From: Octopus vulgaris
Taxonomy: Eukaryota
NCBI GenBank assembly: GCA_951406725.2
Contig: OX597824.1
Location: 3,968,001-4,032,000, forward strand
Direction of reading: 5' to 3'
DNA: 64,000 nucleotides
Part shown: one piece after another, positions 14,450-27,500 of the stretch
Position numbering within the stretch: the stretch's first letter is position 1
How the letters are laid out: the number at the start of each line of letters is the position of its first letter
Notes under the pieces: model-generated
What the model was told of the DNA's origin: nothing
Database searches by the model: none
Seen by the model: the letters and a program-made list of their open reading frames with translations, nothing else
Translations under genes and position numbers: made by a program

Positions 14450-14570
14450 AAACATTGAAAAGACTTGGTGAAAGAGCACGCCCCTGTCTCACACCAATTG
14501 TTATTTTAAACCAATGTCATGATGGATTCTCAACGGTCTTGCTGCTTCACCCATGCGCATACAGATTATA
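14450..14570 (-). mobile_element. RTE RT fragment
   Basis: Minus strand translates WFKITIGVRQGRALSPSLF, matching the RT GVRQGCxLSP motif. Confidence 0.55.
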
Positions 14571-14625
14571 GATAATCCCAAATATCAACATACCTAAAAT
14601 TCTGGCTCATAGGTGCCCTGCTCCC

Positions 14626-14671
<46 letters not shown>

Positions 14672-14788
14672 TCTTTCTCCCTCTCACTCTCACTCTCACT
14701 GTGTCTTTAAACACGAGTACAATAACCTTTGACCTATCTTTGTTCACCTAAACCGGCTCATCTCACCCGTATTTCTTCCTCTCGTGGC

Positions 14789-14822
<34 letters not shown>

Positions 14823-16009
14823 TGTGTCTGTGTGTGCGTCTGTGTCTGTGTGTGTGTGTGTGTCCACACGCTCGTATGTGTGTGTGTGTGTGTGTATCTC
14901 AGATTGTTAGAGAAGACAGGAAGTTTCCAATGTACATGGAGAAGAGTGTGGATGTCAAAACGGAATCTTGGAGTATTATACTAGAGAGGATAAACTGTGG
15001 CTTAAAGAGAGACCCGTCTGCATGCTGCGATGCGAAGCTTCCAGTCCCGAAGATGGGGGACGGCTGAAACTCCATGGTGAATTGCTGTTAATCTGGCAGA
15101 CTTTTGTGCGATCAAATGCTCTGCTGATGTCAAGAATAACGTCATTACTTTCGTCAAATTGTCAAAAGGTGAGATATTAGAGGTCAATGACATTGGGATA
15201 GAGGATAGCTCTGACTCCAGACCCCGTAATGGTTGTTCGTGAGAAGGATATAAAGTCGAAGTATTGGGGGTGAAAAAACAATTGTTAATAACTGCTCCAA
15301 TCAGCTTTGAAATGCTAGAAAGCGAAAACAGCCGGATGATAGTTGCCCTGGTTAAAGATACTGCCAATGGCAGGAATATATTACTGAGAAAGCGAGGAAG
15401 AGAGATGAAGAGGGAAGGAGAGAAGGAGGGAGAGAGAGAAAGAAAGACAGGGAGGGGGAGAGGACGTGGGAAGAGAAGGAGAGAGAGAGATTAAAGAGAT
15501 CGGTGAAGATTGTGGCAACATTTGAGGGTAATGGATATTGTGAGGGCTAGGGGCCATGTTGGGTTTAAAACGATCGAATTTGTTGTTGTTTCATCCCCTG
15601 CCACCTCTGAGTGAACAGAAATGTTATTAAAGATGTTCCAGCCGTGACCATCATATCATTCTCCCGCATTATCTATTTAGGACTACCTTGAAGTGGCAGA
15701 AGAGTTAAAATATTGGACAAAATGTTTGCCACATTACGTAATAGACTTTAAGGTTATGAGTTCGAATTTCATCGAGGTTCATTCTGGGGTCGATAAATAA
15801 AGTACGCAATGAGTAATAAGGTCTATTCCTATAATACATCTTAGATGTGAATGGAATTTTAATACAATTTCTTTTTTAGCGATGTGTAGGACATCATCCA
15901 ATGTATGCTTGTCGTTTTTGCTTGAGATGGTAAAGTGTAATTTGAGGGAGATTTAGCTACTTTATCTCATAGGACGGGAAACTAAACAGTGGTTCTCTCA
16001 TTTGGCGAG

Positions 16010-17106
16010 AATGTGTACGAAATGGGGATGATGAGAAGGAAAGTGTTGGAGGAGTTTTGTGGAATCGTGCATTGTGTAATTGGAACCAAAATAGGCAGAA
16101 ATTTACAAAAGTGTTGTTTCTGCAAAAGTGTTGTTTAAGGATCCATCATGGTTTATGAGTGATGAACAAAGATGATTTTGCGAAGTTGATTGAGATCCTT
16201 AAGGCAAAAGATTCGAAGTATCAGCTGCAATTTAGAAACCTGGAGAATCCACAGATTGTGTAATTCCTGCAGGTATATTTTTGTTTTCCGATTGTAATGG
16301 GATGCAACAAGTGAATAATTCCCAGATCTATTGAAATGGATTGCCGGAAGAACGTCTATTCTTGTTTCGTGTTTTATTCGGTTTTCACGTAATTACACAA
16401 TTGCGACGAGTTTGTATTGTGGGTGGCTGTTTACATCGAGAAACTCTTGTCTGGTCTTCATAAAAATCTGCCACAAAGTGTGTGGAAGGATGAAGGCGAA
16501 GAGTTCATGGATCGTGCGGAAGAAGTTTGTTAGCGAATGTGCGTGCGGGCGCGTGTGGTCGTGTATGTGTCTCGACGAAATTGCTTTGGAACTGGCAGAA
16601 GGAACCTGACTGAAGGTGACAAAAAAAAAACTATCTGGAAGGTAACGGAATTTTTTCCCACAGATATAATACCCACAAATATAATACCCTAGTTAAAGCT
16701 GAACATGATCGTGAAATCAGAGTCGAATTCGGTTTAGATATATTTACTTCTATTTTGTCTAAGATGATGGCGAATATTTGACTTGGAAGCAAGTGGATTT
16801 TATGTCCATTGTAAAAAACAGTGGATAGGAACGCGAAACTCAGGTTTCGATCCTTGGTCTTGAATCTATTATACATCTACTACTGGAGATTTAGCTGCAG
16901 TGGTGAGTAAAAGTAACCAATTTCGAAGAGGTAAAGGGACTATTTTCACGCAATTTAGGCCATGTTCTTCGGCTATATTTAGGCCATGTTCTTCGGCTGT
17001 ACTATATTAGCGCAGCTGCAAGCAATTTTCAGTTCTAGCTTTTGGTTGTATGAGAGATGTAAAGAGACTTATAGTTGGATAGTGTCCACATCACGTCGGG
17101 TCACCA
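16010..17106 (-). mobile_element. Highly decayed Ty3/gypsy internal region with tRNA-Trp primer-binding site
   Basis: Minus strand TGGTGACCCGACGTGAT at 17090-17106, the complement of the tRNA-Trp 3' end with one C missing. Broken RT-like peptides IDLGII..ICGFSRFLN at about 16230-16335. Confidence 0.45.
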
Positions 17107-19068
17107 CTTTGGATGGTTAGGTGGTATTCCATCTAATGTGACTCCGTTCAGAAGGCTGTAATATTATTTGGTAGGAACCCGGTAAAGAAATACGTGGAAT
17201 AAAGGTGATAACTTTAAATACGTTTATTGTGGGCCACACGTATACATACACAACTGAATGATAAAAAGAAGTGGTTGATGGACATTTATTCATATATCTA
17301 CAAGCAACTGCGTGGGTTGTATGTTAGCTGTTAACCTTGGTGAGAAGCTCACAAACAGCAATATGTTGGAACCAGTGCAGTGTGTTGGTGCTGTGTAGAT
17401 GTTGTTGACGACGTTGGTGAGAGACATCAATGATTAGATCAATTATTAGACCTTAGAAAGTTTGGAACCAACTGACGTTGAGACTAGTAGGAGGTGAGTT
17501 TTTATAGCTGACGGTAGGCTCAAATGCTGCTTGGAACAGACTGTTTCACGTGACCTATTTGAAGGTTGCATATTGGCGCATGATAGAATAAGAAACAAAT
17601 TGCACCAACCCCAACCAATCAGAGTGATAGACACAACAGGGGCCAAAACAGCGTCCAGAAGTTAGCTATTACCTGCTACATTCGTATGTATTTATATTTA
17701 ATAGAGAGAGGAAGTTCACTAGAGTTCGCCACAGACACATCAAAGAGCTTTGTTCCAGTCACCTCATTTGCTTAACTGTCTCAGAGCTACCATAGTAACA
17801 ACAGGAGTTTGAGTGATAAAATAACTTGAATTTTCTTGGGTTCTAGAGGCGGCGAGTGTTGATCGTTATGTGGGTGACTCTTGCCATGTTATGATCTAAT
17901 GGTATGGAGACGGCAATAATAAGGTAAATGTGGATTTGGAGAGGAGAAAGGAATCGAGAGAGTTTGGGGTTTCTCTTCGTCGATCAAGAATGAAAAGAGG
18001 CTGTTGTAGAAAGTTGAGAGAGACAAAAGATTCGGTTTTCTTTCATCAGCAGCATTCATATGACATGAGTGTGAAAGACAGGGAAAATTGTCAACAACAA
18101 ATGCCAGCAAGGACGATTTATTCAGAGAGATGTGCACTGTTGTAGACAGCCAGGTTATTCTCTGATGATATGCGTAAAAATATAGTAGAATCATCACGTA
18201 TCACAAAGCACAATGAATACAGAAGGCGCTTTCATCGATATCTGGCATAGACAACCTTGAGTTGCAAGTGAGAGTGTACCTACAAATACGCACGCACACG
18301 TTCGTGACAAGACGCCATCTTTTGTAAGAATTTTGGAATATAGAATTATATTCTAGATTGCAGAGATGAGAAATAGATAGGGAAAGGATAAGGGATTTGT
18401 TTTGGAGAGGATCAGGGTATATTGTGTGAGTGTTAGAAAGAGTGGGGCTCAGTATAGGGCCAAATCAATGTTTATTATTAGTATTTTGTGAATCATCATT
18501 CTAGAGAGTCTTACTTCTAAATTTCTTATTGGTAAAACAAGAATATTAGATTAGCTGCATGTGAAAGCAACATTAGAGTAAGTTTTCATATTTTTTTTAT
18601 TCCTCAGACCATTTGCATTTACCTATGTATAACGATTATTTGAATAAAACAACATACAAGAAACGGTGAATGTGATAGTCACAAGACTTGATTGCATAAG
18701 ATATTCTAGCCATTCATAAGAAAATTGTTCATTGTTATTAAAGGTGAAATAAGTAAAATAATAAGAATACCTTATCACAAAACTGACTGAGTTCTATGCA
18801 GCACCTGAAATTGTTCTGTTTGGGAGTTTTTATAACTTTCAGTCGGTCTTCGAGAATCTTGGGCAGAACTATTTGGAGGGCAAATTCATAAAGCCTGCTG
18901 CTTTTTTGGTTTCACAGCTGCTGATCTGATTGGTTGAACTATATTCACGAAGGCGCTAATGCCTTTTATGGTGACACAATTGATGTCTTGTAGATGGCCA
19001 TCACCTTTTGATTGAATTATATTTACGAAGGTGTTAATGCCTTTTAAGATGATACAGTTGATTTCTAG

Positions 19069-19432
19069 GTGCAGGTGTAGCTGTGTAGTAAGAAGGTTGC
19101 TTCTCAACCACATGGTTCCGAGTTCAATCTCACTGCATGGCACTTTGGGCAAGTGTCTTCTACTGTAACATCGGGCCAGCCAAAGTCTTGTGGGTGGATT
19201 TAGTCGACAGAAACTGAAAGAAGCCTGTCTTAGATGTGTGTGTGTGTTCCTCCGCCATCACTCGATGGTGTGTTTATGAACCCAAATTTAGTAGTTCAGC
19301 AAAAGACACTGATAAAATAAGAACTAGGCTCACAAATAATAAGTCCTAGGGTTGCTTTCTTCGGCTAAAAACCCTTTAAGTCGGTGCTCCTGTATGGCCG
19401 CTGTCAACTGACTAAAGCAAGCAAAAGAAAGA
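19069..19432 (+). mobile_element. SINE family A
   Basis: Head, body and tail homologous to the other copies. Confidence 0.8.
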
Positions 19433-20348
19433 ATATAGTTGAGCCGTGGTTCTAAAGTGGAGATGTCTGTGAGATGGTTCAAAACTCAGTAGAACCCTAA
19501 CTTGAAATTTCCATTGCAACCCTCTTCGGCAAAAATTCAAATCTTATTAGATGACCATCTTTCTTCCTTCTTGGGTCAAGAAAATGGGTATTGGGTTTAT
19601 TTTGGAGGAGATTCAATTAATTAAATCTTTGCAATAAATAAAATTAAAAAAGGTGGTGGCTTTTTGCCAGAGTAAGAAATATATATTTCCAAATATAAGG
19701 TTGCTGACCTCTTTGGTTCTGAGTACATATCAGAGTGGGGTTTATTTTTGTCTTTCATTCTTCCAGAACCTATAAAATTAGTGCCAATAATATATTGGTT
19801 TCAATATAATCGACTTTAAATTCACCCCAAAATCGTGTGATCTTGGGCCAACGTTTAAAAAAAATCAATATTCCAAAATGTAATCATTTCAGAATACAAA
19901 ATATTGTGTTACAATATTTTGACCAGCACTTCATTCACTGCATTCAACATAAAATCGATAATTTGGTTGTATTTATAGGCTTCCATATTTATGACAAGTT
20001 TAAAGTTCGGCGTATATAACGAAATCCAATTTTCCTTCTTATGGGAAGCATTGAGTAAGACAAGAATGCTGAGATACAATACGTGTTGGGTTTCCCCCAT
20101 TAAAAGTAAATGTCGAATCACAGAAGCAAATAGATTGCTTTAGCTGTCTGTTTGGATGTGATTTGGATTGCTTATCAGTGTGGATGCTGAAGATCGCCGA
20201 ACCAAGAAAGACGGGAATCCGCATAATATCAAATAAACTAGGAAACCAATTAAAACACATCGATACTGAATATTCTCCGTCTTTTTCAACTTCATTTGTG
20301 TCACTTATTTGGTCATTATAGAACGCTCATTGTCAACGATATTATAAG

Positions 20349-20389
20349 GGAGAGAGAGAGAGAGAGATGAGAGAGAGGGAGACAGAGAG

Positions 20390-20454
<65 letters not shown>

Positions 20455-20503
20455 AAGAGAGAGAAAGAGAGAGAGATAGAGAGAAAGAAAGAGAGAGAGA
20501 GAA

Positions 20504-20550
<47 letters not shown>

Positions 20551-20590
20551 TAAAGAGAGAGAGAGAGAGATAAAGAGAGAGAGAGAGAAG
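20349..20590. repeat. (GA)n microsatellite
   Basis: Directly visible. Confidence 0.95.
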
Positions 20591-20970
20591 CAGAAAGACA
20601 AAGAGACAAACAGAAGCGATGTGGAAAGAAGTATACGGTGGTTTGTATACTCAGGACTTCATTGTGTCCACGATGTCCGCCACCAGGTTTGTCAGAAGCC
20701 AATAAAAAGAGTCATGTTAGAAATAGCACCCAAATCTTCCTAAAAACCACACTTTACCATCTTAAAAAAGAAGAACAAGCTTAGAAAAACCAATCGGAAG
20801 ACGGCAGGGAACAAGGATCTGAAAACGATCCTCATTCACCCTGACAATCTTTGTCCACACACAAATCAAACAATTAACCAATTTCGAAACCCTGAAGAGC
20901 CTGGATGTCCTCCAGCTTCCACCTGTTCGAAAGTGGTTGAAGAGTAAGGAAAACAAGGCACACCTAAAAT

Positions 20971-21227
20971 TTTTCTGTTTAACTATGTTTTTACCTGACA
21001 AAAATGCAAAAATAAGATAAAACAAAACAATAAGTTTCAAACACAGAAATGGTTTCAAGTTTTAGCACAAGGCCAGCAATTTAAAGGAGAGAGACAGAAA
21101 TACTAACAAGTTTTTTTAGTTGTATTATATTCCTTTATGTCCAAACAGTAAAACTTGAAAAATAGACGGATAGGTAATAGGAAATGGGTTCGGGAAGTAA
21201 TAGGTGGGAGCACAGATGACATGAAGT
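20971..21227. repeat. Left arm of an approximately 257-bp inverted duplication
   Basis: Reverse complement of 23349-23607, with scattered mismatches. Confidence 0.9.
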
Positions 21228-21873
21228 TGAAAGTTATGTTCAAAGATGGTGCAAATTCATCCTTTGTGATGAAGCCTGTGTTGAGCAGTAACTTCGTATG
21301 GGAGAAGAATTACTCCAGCAAAACAAACCACTTGAACGATCTCTAACTGTCAATCAAAACGTTATGTTCTCAGCATTACTTTTAGTATAAGACTCACAGA
21401 AATGGAATGGAATAAAAACAGTAGTTATTTCAAACGAAGCAGATAAATACATGGTTTTATAAAACTGATTTTCTTGTCTCATCACCTGAGTAATTTAAGA
21501 GAAAATTCATCGTATCTAGCCTGAAAAATCATTGTATCTATCAGAAACAAGCTTGCCTTATGCAGCAGGGGTAGACTTTCACTCTTCATGATCCCTTCAA
21601 CTCCTAAAAGAGAAGGGTAATTAGATAATGAAGTCTGAGGTGTCGTGAAAAAATGACAGGTGAAGTTTTTGTTTGGTCAGAGTTGACATGTGGCGAAATA
21701 AAATGTCTGCATGCATAGCTGTGGGGTTAAGGAGTTAGCTTCTGTTTTAATCCCATGGTTCCAGGTTCGGTCCCACTGAAAAGCACTACAGGTAAGTGTC
21801 ATCTCTCACAGCCTCAGGTTGATCAGTGTCATGCAGGTGGAATTTGGGAATAGAAACTGAGTAGAAACTTGTG

Positions 21874-21917
<44 letters not shown>

Positions 21918-21921
<4 letters not shown>

Positions 21922-22122
21922 TAATCCAAACAAGAAAGCACAAAAAAACACAACAACGCGAGGACGTGGAACAAATATAGTATTATTGAGTGTTCAGGAC
22001 AGAAGGAAAGAAGGAGGGTTTAACGTTTCGAGCGGAGCTCTTCGTCGGAAACATAGGAGGAGGAAAGATCCAGAGAAGGGAAGACAGAGGGAAGAAAATC
22101 GCCAACGGTACACACGAGGTCT
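21918..22122 (-). mobile_element. Short hammerhead-bearing element, U4C core
   Basis: Minus strand 22018-22052: GTTT CCGACGA A GAGC tcc GCTC GAA ACGT T AAAC. Element ends in (TA)n at about 21880-21916. Confidence 0.7.
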
Positions 22123-22310
22123 CGCCATGATAGATCGTTAGCCACTACACACATTTTTTTTCTCTCCTTGTTTCTTTCTGTGTCCCTTTCTGTGGAAGAG
22201 CGTAGGCTCGAAACATAAGACTTTTTCTATTCCTGAGCGTTATACTAATACATCTGTTTGTTTTCTACACCACCTGTTTTTGTCTTTTGTTTTTTTCGTG
22301 AACTGTCCCT
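22123..22310 (+). mobile_element. Short hammerhead-bearing element, A6U family
   Basis: CTTT CTGTGGA A GAGC gtag GCTC GAAACATA AGAC at about 22186-22221. Followed by (CATA)n. Confidence 0.6.
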
Positions 22311-22760
22311 ACATACATACATACATACATACATACATACATACATACATACATACATACATACATACATACATACATACATACATACATACATACATAC
22401 ATACATACATACATACATACATACATACATACATACATACATACATACATACACACATACATTCATACATACATACATACATACATACATACATACATAC
22501 ATACATACACACAAACACACACACATACATACATACACACAAACACACACATACATACATACATACCTACATACATACATACACACACATACATACAAAC
22601 ATACATACATACATACATACATACAATACATACATACATAACATACATAACATACATACTTACATACATACACACATACATACACACATACATACATACA
22701 TACATACATACATACATACATACATACATACATACATACATACACACATACATACATACA
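22311..22760. repeat. (CATA)n tetranucleotide repeat
   Basis: Directly visible. Confidence 0.95.
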
Positions 22761-23348
22761 TGTGTACATTGTATATAAATACACCCACACAAACCCCTCT
22801 GCACACATGTATATCTCAATCATAATCGTGTGCATCTGTCAGAAATGCAATGAAGCCAGTGATTGGTCCACTAGAAAACTATAGCTAATGACGTTAACGT
22901 TCTCTAACGCCGATACACAATCAGTAAAAGAAAAAAGGATTTGTTTCTATTTTGGTTTTACAATATAAGACCATCCCATCCTGTAATCAGAAGACTGGTT
23001 TGTTTTGTAGCTGCAGGAGAAAATTTTCCTTCTTCTTCTTTCTTTTTTGTACTTGTTGCTCCAGCCTGTTTGCTTTCCTTGGGGGATATTTTTGATGTGA
23101 TCAACAAACTTTTTCCTCCCATTTTTGAATTACCTGTAATCACTCTCCTTTGAGCCACTCCCTTTTGTCACCCACATTTTCAATAGAATCCCTCATGCTA
23201 TTTTCTAGGGAATGTCCCTCTTACTACTCCTTTCCCCTGTACACCCTCTCAAGATAGTCCCCACTGTTTTTGCTCACCACCTATTTTCACCAACTATTTT
23301 CTCCCCTATGTACCTCTAACTTTGTCCCTGGCACTGTGCAACTATCAC

Positions 23349-23607
23349 ACTTCATGTCATCTGTGCTCCCACCTATTACTTCCTTGGCCCATTTCTTATT
23401 ACCTATCTGTCTATTTTTCAAGTTTTACTGTTTGGACATAAAGGAATATAAATTAACTAAAAAAAAACTTGTTAGTATTTCTGTCTCTCCCCTTTAAATT
23501 GCTGGCCTTGTGCTAAAACTTGAAACTATTTCTGTGTTTGAAATTTATTGTTTTGCTTTATTTTATTTTTGCATTTTTGTCAGGTAAAAACATAGTTAAA
23601 CAGAAAA
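23349..23607. repeat. Right arm of the inverted duplication
   Basis: Reverse complement of 20971-21227. Confidence 0.9.
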
Positions 23608-23668
23608 TATAGAATTTTTTGTTTTGTTTTTAGGAGGTAAAATAATTAAAATTATTACAAGAATATTT

Positions 23669-24037
23669 TTTACCTCCTCCTTAGCGAAGGCAGAGGTATT
23701 GTTTTCAGTTGTATTTGTTTGTTTGACCGTGAATAAGATATCTCAAGAATAACTGGATGGATTTTGATGAAACCTTCAGGGATGTTTGGCCTCATGACTG
23801 ACACCAACTGACCAGATTTTGGGATTGATCTGGTACCGGACAAGGATTCTGGATTATTTTTCCAGTTTTTTTTTTACTTAATGTTTGAGAGCAGTCGGAT
23901 TCATTTTAGTATTCTCGTTTGTGAGAGCAGTCGAGTTTACTTCAGATATTCTCATTTTAAAAATCATCTCTGGCTAATTGTTGATAGGACGTTGGTGTTG
24001 CCCTGGCAGAGGTTTGCGCTCTCTGAGTGCTCTTGTT
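23669..24037 (+). mobile_element. Non-autonomous Helentron/DINE-1-like element
   Basis: 5' subTIR TACCTCCTCC (23671) with nearby inverted GGCAGAGGTA, a GTTT microsatellite, 3' subTIR GGCAGAGGT (24005) and 3' hairpin GCGCTC-tct-GAGTGC (24016-24030). T-rich ends. Confidence 0.7.
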
Positions 24038-24584
24038 ATTGAATAATTTCTTTATTCCTGGGTATATGCAATCAATACCCAACATGTTTATGAAGAGATT
24101 TACTCTCACACAAAAACCACAGCATCACGCCTTTCAATAGGGTACATACATTATGTATGGTATACAGATGGCTGTTTCTTTTTTTTTTAAATATTTAACA
24201 AAAATACTCTTGACTAAAACGAAATCCACACAAGTGGTGGGCATGGCTGTCTGGCTAAGAAGTTCACTTCACAACCATTTGGCTTTTAGTTCAGTCCCAA
24301 TGCACATCACTTTTGAGAAAGTGCCTCCCACCATAGTCCCTGGCCTAACCAATGCCTTGTGAATGGATGTGGTAGACGGAAACTGTGTGGAAGCCTGTCA
24401 TGTATGTGTGTGTGTGTGTTTGCATATCTGCAATTCAGTAATTTAGCAGAAGATTGCTGAACCACTAAGTCATGTAGATTCTGGTCTTCATACTTTTCCT
24501 AGAAATATAGGGAAGTTCACAAAGCTGGCTGAATGGAAATCTAATGTGGTTTTTGGTTCAAATCTAGGCATAAGCATTGCTACA

Positions 24585-27500
24585 TGTTAATACCATTGCA
24601 TGCATTTAGCATGCTTGCGAGTGGTGGAGTCTGTTTAAAGTGGTTGTGTGTCCAACGAAACTCTTTGGTTATCCAATTAGACAAAGAAGCATCTCAAGAG
24701 AAAGAATTGTAAAAGACCTCAACTGTATTTGGCTGAACACTGTATATGGCACAGCAATGGCATTGTCAGCCAATAACAGTGAGTTTCTGTTCAATACTTC
24801 AGATGCAGCGGAGGCATGGTTGTAATTCTTTGCTGCTACAGCAAGAATGGAAGATTTGGGAATTAATGATAAAAAGGAAACAAATATCAAACTTGTTTTT
24901 TTATCTAAAGTGTGTTATATTTCCACATGAGGAGTTTTAGTAATGATAAAACCCGAGTATTTCATAACAATGAATTTTAGAAGCATAAGATCTGCGATAA
25001 TGCCATTAGATTGTCTCCAAAATAAATCGGTAATTGCTGAAGGAATCAGCTTCTTGTGACAACAATCTAAGTGAATCTCTTCAAAGTTATTTTCAGAAAT
25101 TACACGAGTCAGCTCGCTTTTATGAATTTAATAAAACTGGAACCAAAGGACGGAGTACAGAAAATGATTCAAATGAGATTCAAAGATGGCATCCAGTCAT
25201 CTGAGCATTATGTAAAAGCATTAGAATATCTTTAGTCAGATGATCAGAAGCTTAATGCATGCATAAAATTAATTCAACAGCTTAAAATGATTTTTAAAAT
25301 CTCAGATGTTTGAAATACAAAAAAAAAAAATATAGAAAGTCAGAATGATCTTGATGATGTGACCATCACATCTTAATAGAAACAAGCGTAAATCTGATTA
25401 AAAATGTTGTTTTTGTGGATATAAGGATGCAACCCTTAAAATGTTCTGTAACTGGTAAACATTGCATGAAGTGAGGGACATAAAATGAAAAACTGAACTA
25501 TATTGAAAGGTGTATATCATCAGAGAGAGATAGCTTTTGAAGTTACTGCTGCATACTCCAATGCATCTTTTAAGGTGGACATTGAAATAGACAGTATTAT
25601 GTTTCAGAGAGCAATTGAACATCCTGAAAAATATTTTGACAATATTATTGTTTATCAGAATGATGTTTGTTAATGGGTGAGATGTTAGATGAATGGGGAA
25701 AATAGTTTTTTATTTTTAGTCCACTAATTAATTTAGTGTTAAAAGTTTATATAGGACATGACTGTTCCAAGAACAGAAAGTAAAATCAAGTTGGAAAGTT
25801 CTGTTCATATATTTAAATATAGAACTGTATTATCAAATCAGTTCTGTTCAGAGTTCTAGAATGTGTGTTGAGGGAGCAGCAAGAATTTGTCTGAGGAAAT
25901 GGTGAGTGTGCCAGTGTTAGTGTAGATGCTTCTTTTTACAACAGAGTATTTTGACAGTCGTGACATATGAGAACTACCAAATGAAAGAATTTGCCAGCTG
26001 TTACACTTCACTGCACATTCATACACTCTACCCATCAAGCTCTGGTCCCTTTTCTCTTTAGATTTTTGGTCCCTTTTCTTCTTCCTTAGAACAAATCTGA
26101 TTGAAAAAAATCAACGGCAACTTCATCATTTGAAAATTTAAAACATTTTTATACAATTTCATTGGTCTGATTGTTGCTGACATCATTACTCAATAGAGAA
26201 GATCACATTTTTGTTTATGAAAATTCTCCCAACTGGAAAAAACCAGTCCTGGGTGAGACTAAAACATGTCTGCTACAAACGAATTAATTGAAACACTGTT
26301 GAAAACCTATGTTTCATGACGGATAAGATTACAAAATGATCAGACATGCTAAATTTGTGACAGAGATCGATAAACTATCTTTTCGTGGATATAAGATTAC
26401 AAAAGAAGTAGAATTATGGCAAGGACAAGAAGTAATTAGAATCTTTCATTGGACTTATTAATTTCTATGGAAGGTTTATTAATCATTATTTAAACTTCAA
26501 ATCACCATTCGCATCGCTGTATAAGTGTGGCATCTCATTTTTGTGGAGAGTCCTTCAACAAGAGTCCTTTAAGCAAATAAATTTGACATTGGCCAGAAAT
26601 CCAGATATATGATGCCATGAAAGAAGTTACCATAATAACTGATGTGGGTGAAAAGGCTATATCAGGAATACTTTTACAAGACGTTCATCCGGTGATATAT
26701 TTATCAAGAGCATTAACCCCAGTGGAAACAAGATACTCAAATATGCAAATGGAAGCCTTAACAATTGTATGTGTTCTTGAAAAGTATGATACTGTCTGCT
26801 TGACAGAAAATTGAAATTGGTCTTGGATCATAGACCACAGGAATGCAATTTTAACATTAATTTGGGTCTATGACGATGATTTAAAAAAAAATTAATCTTG
26901 TAGAAACTGAAATATTGGAAACTGTTAAAGAGAATATTTTATCTGATATAATTGGAGTAATTGTTTTTGAAAGGCCAATTAAGTCATTGAAAATCATGTT
27001 CACAGTTGATGATCCTGTCTTGTGTAAGGGAGAATTAATTGTCCCACCAGAATATTTATGGTAAAATATGTGCGTGATACACATTGTGGTTCAGCACCAA
27101 TAAGGAATCAGCTGAAGTTAGAAGTATGGTGACCAGGTAACCATAAAGGTGTGGAACAATAAGATACGAAAGAAGATGTCTAATATACACTTGAATAAAA
27201 TCAGAAATCCCTCACACAGGGCACATATGACCTAAAGAAATTAAAACATGGATATGTGTACCTAGGGATCATGCTTATCTCAAGAATTTAGGATTTGTTC
27301 TTAATATTTGCTGATGCCTGGGTTGACCTGTGGTTATAAGAATTTAGAACAAAGAAGCAGAAATGGTTAGGCAGGTATTAGGGTCCGTGTTTGCTAGAAA
27401 TGTTGTTTCAGAAAAAAAATTACTAACAGATAATGTCCATGAATTTCCTGATGTTTTGTGTCCATGGCTTAATAAGATCAAAATGACTCCATAACATCAA

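Noticed and set aside
14900-15400. Unique, moderately GC-rich stretch as a coding exon
   Set aside because: Only short ORFs with no recognisable domain or clean splice boundaries.
24662-24673. TCTTTGGTTATC resembling miR-9
   Set aside because: Only 12 nt match, there is no hairpin, and it lies in a candidate LTR.
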